A program made the position numbers and the translations under genes. Shown here piece by piece: positions 28,669 to 42,831 of a stretch of DNA of 64,000 nt. The notes under the pieces were generated by a model. The model ran no database searches. It saw nothing but the letters and a program-made list of their open reading frames with translations, and was not told the DNA's origin. The stretch comes from the human T2T-CHM13v2.0 reference genome, Homo sapiens: NCBI RefSeq assembly GCF_009914755.1, contig NC_060942.1. One strand, 5' to 3'. Position 1 is the stretch's first letter; the number at the start of each line of letters is the position of its first letter.

Positions 28669-29749
28669 TTATGACTACAACAAAAGGTACACTAGAATAT
28701 GTGCTTTAAAATACGGCTAAAAACAAAGTTATTGAGAAGATATTAAGTGGGAGAGCTGAGTTCAGACTGTGAGAGTTGGGAACTTTATGGAAATGGCCAG
28801 GTATTTAAAATTAGGTAGTACTTTCAAAGAAAAAATGAAGAGAAATGGAATTCACATAGTGGTAATAACACAGATTCTAAGCTCCTTGGGGGAAGGAAGT
28901 GTGCTTTTTGTTACTGTAAACTGATCGACTAGAAAAAGGTCTGTGAGTGAGCTGATGTTGAATGAACATAGAGATTTGGGGCGTGTCAAGCATCATAGGC
29001 ATCCTGTGGCCATATGCTACAGTTTAATGTCACTGAAAGAACATGCATGAACATGTGAGTGGGTGAAGATTGATGTTCAGAGCATATTTGGGAAAGCAGT
29101 ACTTGTGGGTCAACATAATCAAAGAATAGGAGCTTAGCATAAGGTGTAAAATGTCTCATTCTGTACAATTTACTTTATACTGTCAAGTTGGAATCCCTGA
29201 TTGAAATGATTTCTTCCAAAATTCTATGAGTGGTTTTTCCAAAGAAGCATTAAATTTATTTGCATATAAACTAGGCCAAATTTTAAACTGTTCTCAATAA
29301 TGTTATTTTCATATAATAGCTTTTATATCTTAAGTACCTTAAAGAAATTATTGACCCCAAATATTACTTCAGTGTTAAAGAGGAAAAATGAATATAAAAT
29401 ATGCTTCAAATAACAAATATTGAGCAGATATAAATAAGATGAATAAATAAACCAACAATGGCCAAGTAAAGATATTTTAAAATTAGGAACCTAATAGTAG
29501 TTGAAAAATATTTATCTTTGCCTATAATTTTTAAAATGTAAAATGTAGATTATAACAACCTTGAGATAATATGTTACACCTGTAAGAGTGACAGAAATAT
29601 TTTCAATGATAATGCTGGCTATGTTGTGATCAAATTGGCCAAACAAAACATTGTTAGTAACTTTATAAATTATAGAATCCTTTTGGAAACAATATGTTTC
29701 AACAATCATGAAAAAATTCATATCATAGTTATATCGTTTTTGGAAAGTT

Positions 29750-29900
29750 GCTCATTTATTTACTTAACAGATTTTTATTGAGCACCTATGCTGGTGGCCT
29801 AGAACATAAATATCGGCGATATGTATCACCTTCCTTCAAAAAGCTAATATACTAATTGAAGGCTTGAAACAAATCATAAAATACTTTTAGTTGAGTAATA
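29750..29900 (-). mobile_element. L2 3' fragment
   Basis: ctcatttatttacttaacagatttttattgagcacctatgctgg. Confidence 0.55.
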
Positions 29901-32900
29901 GCTTTAATAAGGTATAATATGCATGGGAAAAAAAGAAAACCAAGAATAAATTATCCTTAGGAAACCGTTTTATTTAAACAGCAAAAGGCGGATTCATGAA
30001 GATGTCTGCAATAACAAAACATAATAAAGGGATACAAAACTCCCCAAACCTAAAATATATTGACTTGATAAGATAGTTTAAAGCATTCAGATAAGACAGG
30101 GTAGAATATGACAATACTTTTATAATTGCAGAACCATAGTAAATAAAAAGATAATAAAATGGCATTTAATGTTATGTTTTTTGTCCAGTAAATGGTAAAC
30201 TTTATTTATTTGATGGTTCTTGGAAAGTTGAAGAAAAATCTCTTTGAATTATAAAATTATAGAGATTATACCTGAATAAAATTGAAAACTCTGCTATGTT
30301 AAGTTGTGGAATGTTAAGGCAAATTAGTATTACATTTGCACCATATATTCCAAGAAATTCAAAATTGCTCTAAATTATAAACACAGTATTTCTTTCAAAT
30401 AAGTGGGTATTGTTTGGTGGCTATCTCAATATTTTTCATGCAAGAAAAATGAAGCCGAGATTATTTAAATGACGTGTCACTTGTTTGATACAACAGGAGA
30501 GGCTCTTTAACTCAACTTAACAATGATTTCCAATGGGTTCAGCAGCATCTAATCAGAAACTTTCAAAGCAACCTTTTCTTTATCTGCCAGACTTTGAATA
30601 TGGAACACAGTGTGTTTTTTTTCACCAGGTATTATATTATAGCACTATAAAGTCATTCTGGATGTCTAACTATGACACTTCTTTGTACAAAGTTCACAGA
30701 TATAAAATTTTGAAAAAATTTTGAGCCAGTAAAATTTCTTCCAGAAGGCAAAATTCCATGAGGTTTTGTTTTTAATATCTGCATACACACAGTTTTCATC
30801 ATCAAAGCAAGTTAATAGTATTGCAAGAAAAATAACTCTCAGAATTATACTATAATCACATAGACTTTTCAGCATTGACCCCTGCTGTTATTAGGTGGAA
30901 TACTACTTTAAGTATGGCTGCAAACACTTGTACCTAATTGCACTTGTGAAGTAAATAACAATGCTTGGATTGTGCCCTTTCCTGCTCCAAAGCTGTTTGC
31001 AGTTGTACCAACAAGTTGATAGGTACGATTTGACCTCTGGCTCACAAGTTTGAAAACAAATGGCCCGTGCACATTTCAGACAATTATTTCTTTAGAACAA
31101 TTTATGTTGGTCCCAGCTTTTACGTAAGTATTCTATAAAAGAAAGGTGTTACGTAGTATAATGTTTCTACAGAAATCTTTAACTCTTTAAAAGTTGGAAA
31201 GAAAAGTTATGTCTTCAAATAAGTTATTTTTAATTTTTCAAAGAAAATGCTTCGTGATTATTTATTTGACTTTGCACAGTCTAAATTGAAAACTGAAACA
31301 AGTCTTTTTACTTAGAAAAAAAGAATTATCAATTCTTTGAATAGATCTAATAATACTGAATAGACCTAATGTTTTAGAACTATATCTATCTGTGCTTTCA
31401 CAGAGCCAAGTTTGTGAGATAGACACAACACTAATTAATATTTCTCTTATTCTTTTAAAATGGGAAAAGTAATAAAGATATTAGCCAATTATGTTTCTTA
31501 TTGCTCTCCTTATGTTCTCAGACATTTAGCTGTCCCTAATTTAGCCTTCTCTCCTGCCTGCTTGCTTACAAACTCCCAAGTTCATATTTTAAGCAATTTC
31601 AATCAGGACAGATTAATAAATCCCAGCCTATTCATGGGAATTAACTAATTCAGAATGAATCTTTCCTAATTGTTTTGTGTTCACATGGGTGTTTGCTTTG
31701 GCCCCTCTCCAAGCCTCCAGCCAAGGGAGAACATTGTCTCACCACACCCAACTAAAAACAGAGTCAAGGAATGATTCCTTTGGTGAAAGCGTCACTGAAT
31801 AAGCAGTTTTAGCTTGGTGCGTGTGTGTGTGTTTTTTAAAAGGAGATCTGTTTGTAGATTGTCAACAAAGCAGTTTCCACATAGAAGAATACCAATTCCT
31901 ATTGTTGCTTTTTTTCCTAGCAATAACATTCTGAAATTTGCAATCTTTAGCACCAAGTTTTTAAAATCCTAAATGACATGTTGTTTTTTCCTGTATGAAA
32001 GTTTTCTTAAAAAGCAAATTGTAATTATTTTCTCAATCGTTTTCTTTTTGTTTTTCACCTCTACCCTTCCAAAATAACATAATTTCTGATAGTGTCATCT
32101 TTTAAATTTTAAAAGCGCATTCCTGAGTTAGCTCTTTCTTTTCAGAAGGCAAACATTGGTGCTCCAGTATAAAAACTAAAAGGTGCTGACACTATTATGG
32201 CACAGAACTTTTTACATAGTTTCTTGCCCTTCTGCATATGAAAGTCCAGAATTAGTTATTACATGGTTGGATCTGGGGACTGTGTCTGAGCCCACCAGAG
32301 AAGCCTGGTCCAAGCTTCCCATATCAGGGATCTCTTAATTTTTGAAGAATAATGCAGATTGGGTGCTTATAAAAAAAAAAAAAAAAAGAGAAATATGCCC
32401 ATGAGCTGAATTGATATTCTAGAGAAAAATGGAGAGGCTTTCATAGAGAAATGAGGAAGTGCTAGTGAGGTTTTAGAGCCTCTGGTTCCTCTCCAAATCT
32501 ACATCCAGGAAGTATCACCACCACTTTCCAAGGTGATGAATCAGACAATCCACTCCTCTCAGGAGCGGTTTCTGCAGTGGTGGCTGGCAAAGCACTTAGC
32601 TTGAGGGTTCATAAACACTTTTTGAAAATGGTAGTGATGACAGGCTCGGTGGTCTTTTGCCATAAGGCTTATGGGAGAAGGATTTTAGTCGTAGGGTTTT
32701 AAATAAATGCCACTGATAAGAGCTCAATGAGATAAAAAATATGTGTAGATGTAAGAACACAAACAGAAATTTGAAAACATCTTTGTCTTCCACAAGGTCA
32801 TAAGAATCATAAGAATTTACTTTTGACCCAGAAAGTGAATGACTGACTTCCTTTCATGGTATGTTAATGCTGACCTAAGATAAAATATATAAACATCAAA

Positions 32901-33978
32901 TAAGTATGTCATGTGTATGCTTTCAGAGTGTGGAGGAGGTGTCTGATCCTGCAACATAAATGTTCTGGTGGTATTTACCAAGTAACCTCTCATTTGGAAA
33001 AATAAAAACTTATCTGTCTCTTATTTTCTAAAAATTCTCCCCATTTTATAATGTTCTCCAGTTAAGAAAACTAGGTCTCTTTAACTCCTTTAGGGGACAC
33101 CAAAAGCCAAATCAAACTAGGTAAGTTTCTGCTTTATTTTTCACAGCACAAATTTAAATATTGCCAAGTCTCATAAACCACGCCCTGTTTGTGAATGAAT
33201 CTCAGGGAACATTTCAAAAACAACAGAGCAGACCTTTTGATTTTCCTTATCCACATTCTTTATTCTTCTCTTATTTCATATCCCTTTTTTGTACTTTCTT
33301 GATTAAAAAGAGAAACATAAACATTCTGTTCTAACACCTCCAATCCAATCTATATAAATGATGCTACCTGACTGCACTTCGCAATACTTAGTAAACTGTG
33401 CTCCCACGTTGCTCTGTATTTGTTTTTTATGTTTTTATATTTATTTTTTATATTGCTGTATTTATTTTTTATATTGCTTTTCACTATTCGGGAAACAATC
33501 CACAAGCATTTACTAAGCACATTCCACCTATTTAGTCTCTAGTATTAATTTCCTCCTTCTTGGAAAACTTAAGTTACACTGTGAAGGGCTCTGTGAAAGA
33601 TGAGAAGGTTCTAACCCCTTTCTCCTGGAAGCTAACGTGTGCATGCGTGCACGTGTGTATAAAAGAGCAGGGTGAGTACATGAGGGATATATGTATAAAC
33701 AATCAACTGCACTTCAAGTCAGAATGAGGAAAGTGATCACAGTATTTTAGATGTGTCTCTTCTGATTGTAAGACACATACCCACAAGGTCTGTGAAGCAG
33801 GCAGCTTGAGAGGAAGAAGATGGGCAGAGAATGAGGAGGAGGAGGCATTCTCTCCTGAGGCAGGGGAGTGATGGGCAAGTGCCCTGCGTGAGGGAGCTGA
33901 GCTGCCTGCGTAGGTGATTTAGTGCATGCCTATTTGCCTTAATCTCTAGGACATCGAATGTGTCCATGAGATGGCCTC

Positions 33979-34401
33979 TGATATGGCTTGGATGTTTGCC
34001 CTTGCCGAATCTCATGTTCAGTTGTAATCCTCAATGTTGAAGGTGGGGCCTGGTGGGAGGTAACTGGATCACGGGGCTGGTTTCTCATGGTTTAACACCA
34101 TCCCCTTTTGGTGCTGCCATCGAGATAGTGAGTTCTCATGAGATCTAATTGTTTAAAAGCGTGTGGCACCTCCTCCCTCTCTCTCTTGCTTGTACTCCTT
34201 CCATGTGATGGGTGTGCTCCCCCTTTGCCTTCTGTCATGGTTGTAAGTTTCCTGAGGCCTCCCCAGAAGCTGAGCAGATGCCAGCATTATGCTTGCTGTA
34301 CAGCCTGTGGAACCATGAGCCAATTAAACCTCTTTATTTTCATATATAAATTACCCAGTCTCAGGTATTTCTTTATAGCGATGCAAGAAGGAGCTAATAC
34401 A
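33979..34401 (+). mobile_element. MST (MSTA-like) MaLR solo LTR
   Basis: TG...CA termini: tgatatggcttggatgtttg...ccatgagccaattaaacctc...aaattacccagtctcaggtatttctttatagc...ctaataca. Confidence 0.9.
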
Positions 34402-35689
34402 ACCTTGATGACCACACAGGATGCTCAAGTTAATACATTGTAATATACACATCGTCCTGAATGAGTGGGTTTTCTTTCATCTCTGTCAGAATGTAGCGTC
34501 TCATTCAAACACTATTTTCTTTGTAGTCAAAAGTGTCCCATTGAGTTTAGACCTTAGGGAGATAATGTTTTGAACCTGGTTTGAGCCTTAAATTTCATGT
34601 GCTTTTAGGTCTTCAGTTTTTTAAACAAAAAACCTTAAAGCTAAAAATACTCAACAATAAATTCAGAAAACGTAAGATGATTTCCTAGGATTCTTTTTTG
34701 GGAGGCTGAGGGGGACGTGAAAGAGAGTTCCTTGAACTTCCTTTGTGGACTTACAACATCACTTTCTCCTGATTCTCTGATCACTTTTTTTCTTAAAGGA
34801 TTAAAAGTCATTTGTTATTTCACCAATGTGTTCATTTACTCAGCATTTATGATAGCATATTGCAGTCCAAGCATTGTGAGAACTCAAGGAGCTCAAAGAG
34901 TATTTTTGGTTTGTCATTTTTTCCTTTTATTTTGGTTTTTAGGCTGAAACTAAAAAAATAAAATGAGATAAATGCTCTGCCAGGAGAAGCCCAGAGCACC
35001 CAGGGAGCCTGGAGGAAGAATCTTTTCTTCCTATCCAGAGAAGTCAGGAAGAACTCCAGAGCTTAGTCCAAGCTGAGCCTTTGAAGATTAAGAAGTGGCC
35101 AAGCACAGGGCACAGAATGTGAAAGTATATAAAGGCAAGAGGGAATATGAAAAGTGGTGGGAAACTGAGGAGGATAGAAAGGGCCAACCAAAAAACAGCA
35201 AAAAAATGCAGTGGGAGTGGCTGCTGATGCCACTCAACTGGGGGAAAGATGGCAAGTTAGAGGAAAGCAGGCTGAGTTTGTGCTGCCTGGGGCCACCCCT
35301 GTTTACTCTTGTTTTACTCCCTGGACTCCCTATTTGAATACTGTCAGAGATGACTGCAATTCCACAGAAGGCATTCAAGGCCCTGCTATCCTATCTCCAG
35401 TGACAACTTTCCAGCCTGACCTTCACACTACTGATCTCCCTGCTCTCAAGCACACCCTGCAAGCTCAAACTCTGAGCCTTTGCTTATCTAGGCTCGGCTG
35501 AGCTTTATGCTACTTGGTGAAGTCTGACTCATTCTGCAGGGTCCATTTAAATGTACCTTCTGTGTAAAGCACTCTGGGACTCCTTATAAGCCCTAAATCA
35601 AAATGAATAACTGTCTCCTGTATGCTGCCATGATACTGTACTTTAATCTTCTTCCATTAAATGAGCACTTATAACATTGGACTCAGAAT

Positions 35690-35915
35690 AGCTAGTAAGT
35701 AGCTGTAGATACTATGTGCTATGTATAAGTTATTTCTTTAACTATGCTAGCTCATTTAATATTCATAACTGATCTATGAGGATCATACTATTACCTTATT
35801 TTACAAATATGCAAACTGGGGCAGAGAAAATTGAAGTAACCTACCCAAGACCACACAGCTAACAAATAAGAAAGCCAGGATTCAACCCAGCCAGCCTGCC
35901 TTTAGGGTCCATACT
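35690..35915 (-). mobile_element. MIR
   Basis: ccttattttacaaatatgcaaactggggcagagaa...cccaagaccacacagctaacaa...ccaggattcaacccag. Confidence 0.75.
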
Positions 35916-36199
35916 CCTATGGTGAACTCTCCTATAATGAACTCCGGAAAACTAAGACTGGGTTTCACTCACCCTTGTATGCCCACTAGCTCTAGGGCTG
36001 GAAACACTCCATGACCATCTGTTACATTATTATTTATGTTAAGACTTTTAAAACTCGGATGATAACTTTTAATAACTTCCTGTGATAATATCTTCTGGTC
36101 TCACTGCTGTATGATCAGGAAGCTGTTTATAATATTTATCTTTAATCTTCCTTACTATTGTCAAAATACATCCTCTCTGGTTCAATAATCACTGGACCA

Positions 36200-37840
36200 C
36201 CAAAAAACTCTTGTCTTCAATTCAAAATTCAATTCTGTCTTCAATTTTAGAAAAAGCCTTCTGTCTCTACTGGATCCTCCCCATCAATGTACAAATGTAC
36301 TTCTGTTTTTTCTCATCTTAAAAATTTTGTTAAAAAATACCAAAATCTGTTACTCCCACTTTTCTTCCCTGCTACATCTCCATTTTTCTTACCCTTTAGA
36401 GCAAAACTCTCAGCAAGATTTGCACATACCCACTTTCACATTTCCTCTCCTCTCATTCTCCCTTAAACCCATTCCAATCAGGCTTTCATCCCCACTATTT
36501 CTCAGAAACTGGACGCAACTAATGGTCATTTTCCTATCAGTCCTATGGTGTGACCTATCTGCATTATTCAGTCGAATTGATCATCTTTCTTTAAAATTGT
36601 TTCTTCATTTAAGCCACAGTGTTCCACAGGTTTCTCTCTTCTTACTCTTCACCACTTTGTCGATTCATTTCCTGTGTCTGCTTCTTTTTCCTGAGTACTC
36701 ACATTTAAAATTCCACAAGATTTAGCCCTTGGTTCTCCTTTCTTGCCACACTCCATTGATTGTATCCTCTGGTCTCAAGGCCTGAAAAAACATGTGGACA
36801 CCAATGACTATCAAACTTACATCTCCAGCCCAGACCTCTTTCCTGAACTCCGTCTGTATTTATCCAACAGCTTATTCAATATCTGCTCTTAGATGTCTGA
36901 CAGACATCTCAAACTTAACATGTCCCAACTGAATTCATCTTCAGCACCCTCATTCTGTCCCCAAATCATGACCTTCATTGTTTTCCCCATCACAATAAAT
37001 TGTAACTCTATCCTTTCCATCATTCAGACCAAAAATCTTAGTAACATCTTTGCCTCCCCTCTTTCTTTCATACCCCATATCCAACCTGTCTGTGAAGCCA
37101 ACTTCCAAACTTTATTCAGGACCACTTCCTCCCACCTCCATTACTACAATGTTAATGTTAGCAACCAAGATTACTCACCTGGATTACCGTGAAAACCTCT
37201 TAGCTACATGACTGCCACTCTTCCACATCTCTTTTCTGTTTTCCACATTGCAGTGAGAGGCATCCTCTGAAAATAGAAGTCAAATCACATCATGTCTCTG
37301 TTCAAAATCCAGCAACACTTTACCATATCCAGAGCAAAAGTCAAATTCCTAATGATGTCTTTACAAAGGCCCCATATCATCTGTTCCGCTCTTCCCTTCA
37401 GTTTTCTGACCTACTCTCCTTCTCCTCTATTTTGTTTTAGGTATTTCTGCTTTAAGATATTTGCTTTGGATGTTTCCTCTACCTGAGAGGTTCATCCTTC
37501 AGATATCTGCATGGAAAATTCCCTTGACTGTTCGAAGTTATGTGCTCAAAAATCATGTGTTCAGTACAGCTCATCCTGATCATCCTGTTTAACAGTGGCT
37601 GGTCCCCGCTCTTTTAAATTCCCCTTCCTCTGCTCTAACCTTCCCATGACACTCAATACTTTCCTACATGCTATGTAATTTACTTATTATTTTATTGTTC
37701 TTGTCTGTCTCCTTCCACCAGACTGAAAGCCTCAATAACTCAGGGATTTTAACTATTTTATTTACTTCTGTATCCTAAATACTTAGAATACTTACTAGCA
37801 CATGGTGAGAACTAATAAATGTTTGCTAAATGAATAGATA
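36200..37840 (+). mobile_element. L2a, long 3' portion
   Basis: catctccagcccagacctctttcctgaactcc...catctcaaacttaacatgtcc..., ending actaataaatgtttgctaaatgaat. Confidence 0.85.
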
Positions 37841-38937
37841 GGAAAATAACTATCCTCCCTCAGGCTTTAACTTCCTAGACTGAATAAACAGAGTTCATTA
37901 ACTTTTAAGTCTAACTTCCAACATGAATACTTTTTTTTATGATTCTCTTCTGGCTTGTCTCCCCATTTTAGTATTTATTACATGTTATGAATTCAAAATT
38001 GAATTCAGAATTTCAATAAAGCTTGTATAGTCTGAGAGTAGAAGAATATTGACACTGAAATTCTCTAACTATTGATCCATATTTATCATGGAACTGCTAC
38101 TTGATTTCTGACATCATTCCAGAAACTAAAAACAAACTTCTCCTAGAGGAAGCAACAGTAAACTTGAATTCCTTCTTCAATGGTAAATATGCCTGACCTT
38201 TGATAACCACATGGTTTGAATGGGCAGATTACTTGTTCACTAGCATAACAATTTCCTGACCCCCTGTAGATGCCTTACACTAGGAAGCCATACATTTTAA
38301 CATTATAAAACATTCAATTACTATCTACTGGTTTCATGTACCATTCCACATGCTTAGAATCTGTGGTTCCAAAAGATAAGTGGGTTTCTCCTTTTACCTT
38401 CTCTTATAGCCAGCAACACTTAAATTACTCTGGAATATTTATGAGAATCTTATTTTGTTATTTGAAAATAATTATTATGCAATTGTCAAAGAAACTAAAT
38501 GTGACCAAATTTTAGAGCTAACAAAATTTAATCTTGAGTCTAGCATGATTTTTACCTTGGTGCCTCATTGACACAATTATCTATCAAAGTTTTTAAAAAC
38601 ATGCTTTTTTACTTGATGGGCAGGTGGGTGGAGGGGTCGGTAGGGTGGCAGAAATGCACAGTTTGAGGGGTGTTTGTTTTTATTTTTTCATGCATTTTCA
38701 TAAAGCATGATGTTTTGGCAGCAGAACTTGATGATAATTTTGTCTGGTTAAAGGTACATACTAGTTTTCCTTGTTGAGATTTTACAAGAGATGTTCTCAG
38801 AGAGAGCAACTAAGGCATAATTTCTTCTGCCTTGTAGTCAGCTCTGTTCACATCAGAGCCCGAGAGAAAATAGGGCATCTTGGAATCAACAAGGACTTTA
38901 TAATCACTCACATTGTGATTTGAATACAATTTGCACT

Positions 38938-39050
38938 ACTTCATTCAATAAATATTTATTGATATCTATTTTATGCCAATTCTGGTTTGAATGCTGGAGA
39001 TAAAGTAGTTCACAAGAAACACGAGTTTCCTATTTTCATGAAGCTTAAAC
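38938..39050 (-). mobile_element. L2 3' fragment
   Basis: ttcattcaataaatatttattga...tgctggagataaagtagttcacaaga. Confidence 0.6.
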
Positions 39051-39676
39051 CCTGCACTTAAAAATCTCTTTGGTTAAACCTGACAGTGTAATTGAGAGTT
39101 TGAGATAACTTAGGTAAGGTACTGAGATAAAACTTACGTCAAGTGCCTAGACAGTATTTCAGTTTCTGGGGTGAATTTCAGTTTCAGCATCCCTATCCCT
39201 ACCATAACAATGCCTAACCATGGTTACACAAAGCATTTCCAATTTAGTGTTCACAGTGTTAATTTGTTATTAATGAATTGATTTAAGCATTTTTTAAAAC
39301 AATTTAGTTTACTAGCCACACACCATTTCTTGGGAGTAATTTTTTTCTGAACTGTTCTATTGGGTAATGGATAGAACACTAGAAAGAGAGTAAGGCTTAT
39401 GCTACCTCAAGCTTTTGTGAAAAGATGAGTCCGTCTTTTTACCTCTCTAGGTCTGCGTCATACGGAGAATAAAAAAGTAGAACTTGATCTAATGACATCA
39501 AAGTTCCTTTGCAGTTGCAAGCTTTTGTGATTCTACTTCCTTTTATTATCCAAAACTTGCCCTTTTAAGTATCAAAGGATATTCTATATTTGTTACGCTA
39601 TGTTCATTCATATTCAATGTTCACTCATACATTTTATAATTATATAAATTTAGAATATATTTTTAAAGTTTAACAC

Positions 39677-40800
39677 TTTTATTTTTATTTTTTTCTTCAA
39701 CTTTTATTTTCAGTTCCGGGGTACGTGTCCAGGATGTGCAGGTTGTTACATAGGTAATTATGTGCCATGGTGGTTTGCTGCACCAATCATACCATCACCT
39801 AGGTATTAAGCCCAGCATCCATTAGCTATTCTTCCTGATGCTCTCCCTCCCCCAACTTCCCCTCTCCCACAGGCCCTAGTGTGTGTTGTTCCCCAACACA
39901 TGTCCATGTGTTCTCATCATTCAGCTCCCACTTACAAGTGAGAACATGTGGTTTTGCTTTTCTGTTCCTGCCTTATTTTGGTGAGGATAATGGCTTCCAA
40001 CTTTATCCATATCCCTGCAAATGACATGATCTTTTTCCTTTTTATGGCTGCATAGCATCCCATGGTGCACATGTACCACATTTTCTTTACCTAGTCTACC
40101 GTTGATGGGTGTTTAAGTTGATTCCATGTCTTTGCTATTGTGAATAGTGCTGCAATGAACACATGTGTGCATGTATCTTTATAATAGAATGATTTATATT
40201 CCTCTGGGTATATACACAGCAATGGGATTGCTGGGTCAAATGGTAATTCTGCCTCTAGGTCTTTGAGGAATTGCTACCTACACTGTCTTCTACAATGGCG
40301 GAATTAATTTACACTCCCACCAGCAATGTAAAAGCATTCCTTTTTATCCACAACTTCACCAGCATCTGTTGATTTTTTACTTTTTAATAATAGCCATTCT
40401 GACTGGCGTGAGATGGTATTTCATTGTTGATTTGATTTGCATTTCTCTTATGATCAGTGATGTTGAGCTTTTGTTCATATGTTTCTTGGCCACATGTATG
40501 TCTTCTTTTGAGAAGTGTCTGTTCATGTCTTTTGCCCAATTTGTAATGGAGTCATTTTTTTTTCTTGTAAATTTGTTTAAGTTCCTTGTACATTCTAGAT
40601 ATTAGACCTTTGTCAGATAAATAGATTGCAAAAAAAATTCTCATATTCTGTAGGTTGTCTGTCAATCTGATAGTTTCTTTTGCTATACAGAAGCTCTTTA
40701 GTTTAACTAGATCCCATTTGTCAATTTTTGCTCTAGTTGCAATTGGTTTTGATGTTTTTGTCATGAAACATTTGTCTGTGTCTGTGTCCGAAATGATATT
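39677..40800 (-). mobile_element. L1PA (about PA10-PA13) 3' part, left of the HERV-H insertion
   Basis: Poly-T, aggatgtgcaggttgttacatagg...aagcccagcatccattagctattcttcctgatgctctccc, and the ORF2 remnant [15 protein letters not shown]. Confidence 0.92.
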
Positions 40801-41204
40801 TTTCACTCGTGTCTGTGTAAAGAGACCACCAAGCAGGATTTGTGTGAGCAACTAGGCTGTTTATTTCACCTGGGTGCAGGTGGGCTGAGTCCAAAAAGAG
40901 AGTCAGCAAAGGGAGATAGGGGTGGGGCCGTTTTATAGGATTTGGGTAGGTAGTGGAAAATTACAGTCAAAGGGGGTTGTTCTCTGGGTGGCAGGGGTGG
41001 GGGTCACAAGGTGCTCAGTGGGGGACCTTTTGAGCCAGGATGAGCCAGGAGAAGGAATTTCACAAGGTAATGTCATCAGTTAAGGCAGGAACAGGCCATT
41101 TTCACTTCTTTTGTGATTCTTCAGTTACTTCAGGCCATCTGGATGTATATGATGTGCAGGTCACAGGGGATATGATGGCTTAGCTTGGTCTCAGAGGCCT
41201 GACA
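40801..41204 (-). repeat. HERV-H 3' LTR (LTR7 family)
   Basis: Minus strand tgtcaggcctctgagaccaagctaagccatcatatcccctgtgacc...cctataaaacggcccc...gaaataaacagcc...gagtgaaa. Preceded by the PPT aagaagacaggaa (41205-41217). Confidence 0.95.
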
Positions 41205-41364
41205 TTCCTGTCTTCTTATATTAATAAGAAAAATAATATAAAATAGTACTGAAGTGTTGGGGCAGTAAAAATTTGGGGGGTGGTATGGAGAGATAATGGG
41301 CGATATTTCTCAGGGCCGCTTCGAGCAGGATTAGGGGCAGCGTGGGAACCTAGAGTGGGAGAGA

Positions 41365-41562
41365 TTAAGCTGAAGGAAGATTTTGTGGTAAGGGGTGATA
41401 TTGTGGGGTTGTTAGAAGGAGCATTTGTTGTATAGAATGATTGGTGATGGTCTGGATATGGTTTTGGATGAATTGAGAAACTAAACGGAAGACACAAGAT
41501 CCAAATAAGAGAAGGAGAAAAACAGATATTAAAGGACTAAGAATTGGAAGGACCCAGGACAT
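41365..41562 (-). pseudogene. env: HERV-H env TM/cytoplasmic remnant
   Basis: WVLPILSPLISVFLLLLFGSCVFRLVSQFIQNHIQTITNHSIQQMLLL is a gammaretroviral TM anchor region. Most of env is deleted. Confidence 0.8.
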
Positions 41563-42152
41563 CTAATTAGAGAGTGTCCAAGGGGGTCCAAGGGGGTTTA
41601 GCCTAATTACTTGCTTGGTAGGCAAGTTTTTAGGCTCCATATTTGAGGGTTTTTTTTAATGTTGTCATATACCAGGCCAGATTGATTTAGGTAAAAAGAG
41701 CACTCTTCATTTAAAAATATAGAGTCCCCCCAACCTTTTTTTTTTTAAGCAATGAGTAAGTCAAGGCCTCGGCGATTTTGGGGGAAAGAGAAATGCAAAG
41801 CCAGCAATTGTTTGTTAAAGAAGGATTAGAAACAACTAGGAGAGAGTGACTGAGATGGATAGTGTGGCGGACATAGCTGGGGAGAGGTAGAGGGTGGCAT
41901 AAGAATGGGAACGAGAATAAGAGTAAGTATAAAAGTAAAGAATAGGACTTCATCAGGGTGAAAGTATTGGAGTGTACTTTGTCACTGAAGATCTATCCAC
42001 TTAAAGAGAGACTTAAGGGTGGCAGTTTGAGGTAAAACCAGGTGCCAGTGAATACCAAGAGCCTGAGAAATTGTTTGGGTGATTTGACTAATAAAGGCCA
42101 GTTCATTATTAGACTGTATAGAGGTGGGAAGGCCAAACTGAGGAATTATGTC

Positions 42153-42548
42153 TTACAGAAGGGAAGAAATGACTGTGGTGGCCTTTTCAAACCCTATGGG
42201 AAAGGCCTCTACCCATCCAGTGAAAGTGTCTACCCAGACCAAGAGGTATTTTAGTTTCCTGACTTGAGGCATGTGAGTAAAGTCAATTAGCCAGTCCTGG
42301 GCAGGGGGGAATCCCTGAGCTTGATGTGTAGGGAAGGGAGGGGGCCTAAACAACCCCTGAGGAGTAGTAGAATAGCAGATGGAACACTGAGAAGTGATTT
42401 CCTTAAGGATAGAGTTCCACGATGGAAAGGAAATGAAAGGTTCTAAGAGGCAGGCTAGCAGCTTGTAACCTACATGGAAGAGGTTATGAAATGACAATAG
42501 AATAGAATGGGTCTGTGAGGCTGGAAGGAGATATTTTCCTTGGTCCAA
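42153..42548 (-). pseudogene. pol: HERV-H pol integrase remnant
   Basis: H..FH...CSIC zinc-binding region and DWLIDFTHMP...KYLLVWVDTFTGWVEAFP. Confidence 0.9.
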
Positions 42549-42831
42549 GAGCCATTTGCCTTGTGTGGGAAGAGATTGATAGGTGGAAGTTTCAGTGGGA
42601 GAGTAGGTGGGAGTGACCGATGAGAAGGAGAAAAACTGGCCATGGGGGATAGAAGTTGGAATGCTAGCTGATTCTTTAGCTACCTTATCAGCATTAGCAT
42701 TGCCCTGAGCGATGGGATCTAATGCCTTTTGATGGCCCTTGCCATCAAAAGTGAATGACTCCAGCTTCCTTTGGAAGTAAAGCGGCCTTGAAAAGGGTTT
42801 TTATTAAGGAGGCATTAATGATGGAGGACCC

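Noticed and set aside
33420-33480. Short AT-rich tandem duplication (tatttattttttatattgct x2) and similar micro-duplications at ~32800, ~35920, ~36215 and ~41576
   Set aside because: Ordinary slippage events in low-complexity sequence with no further structure.
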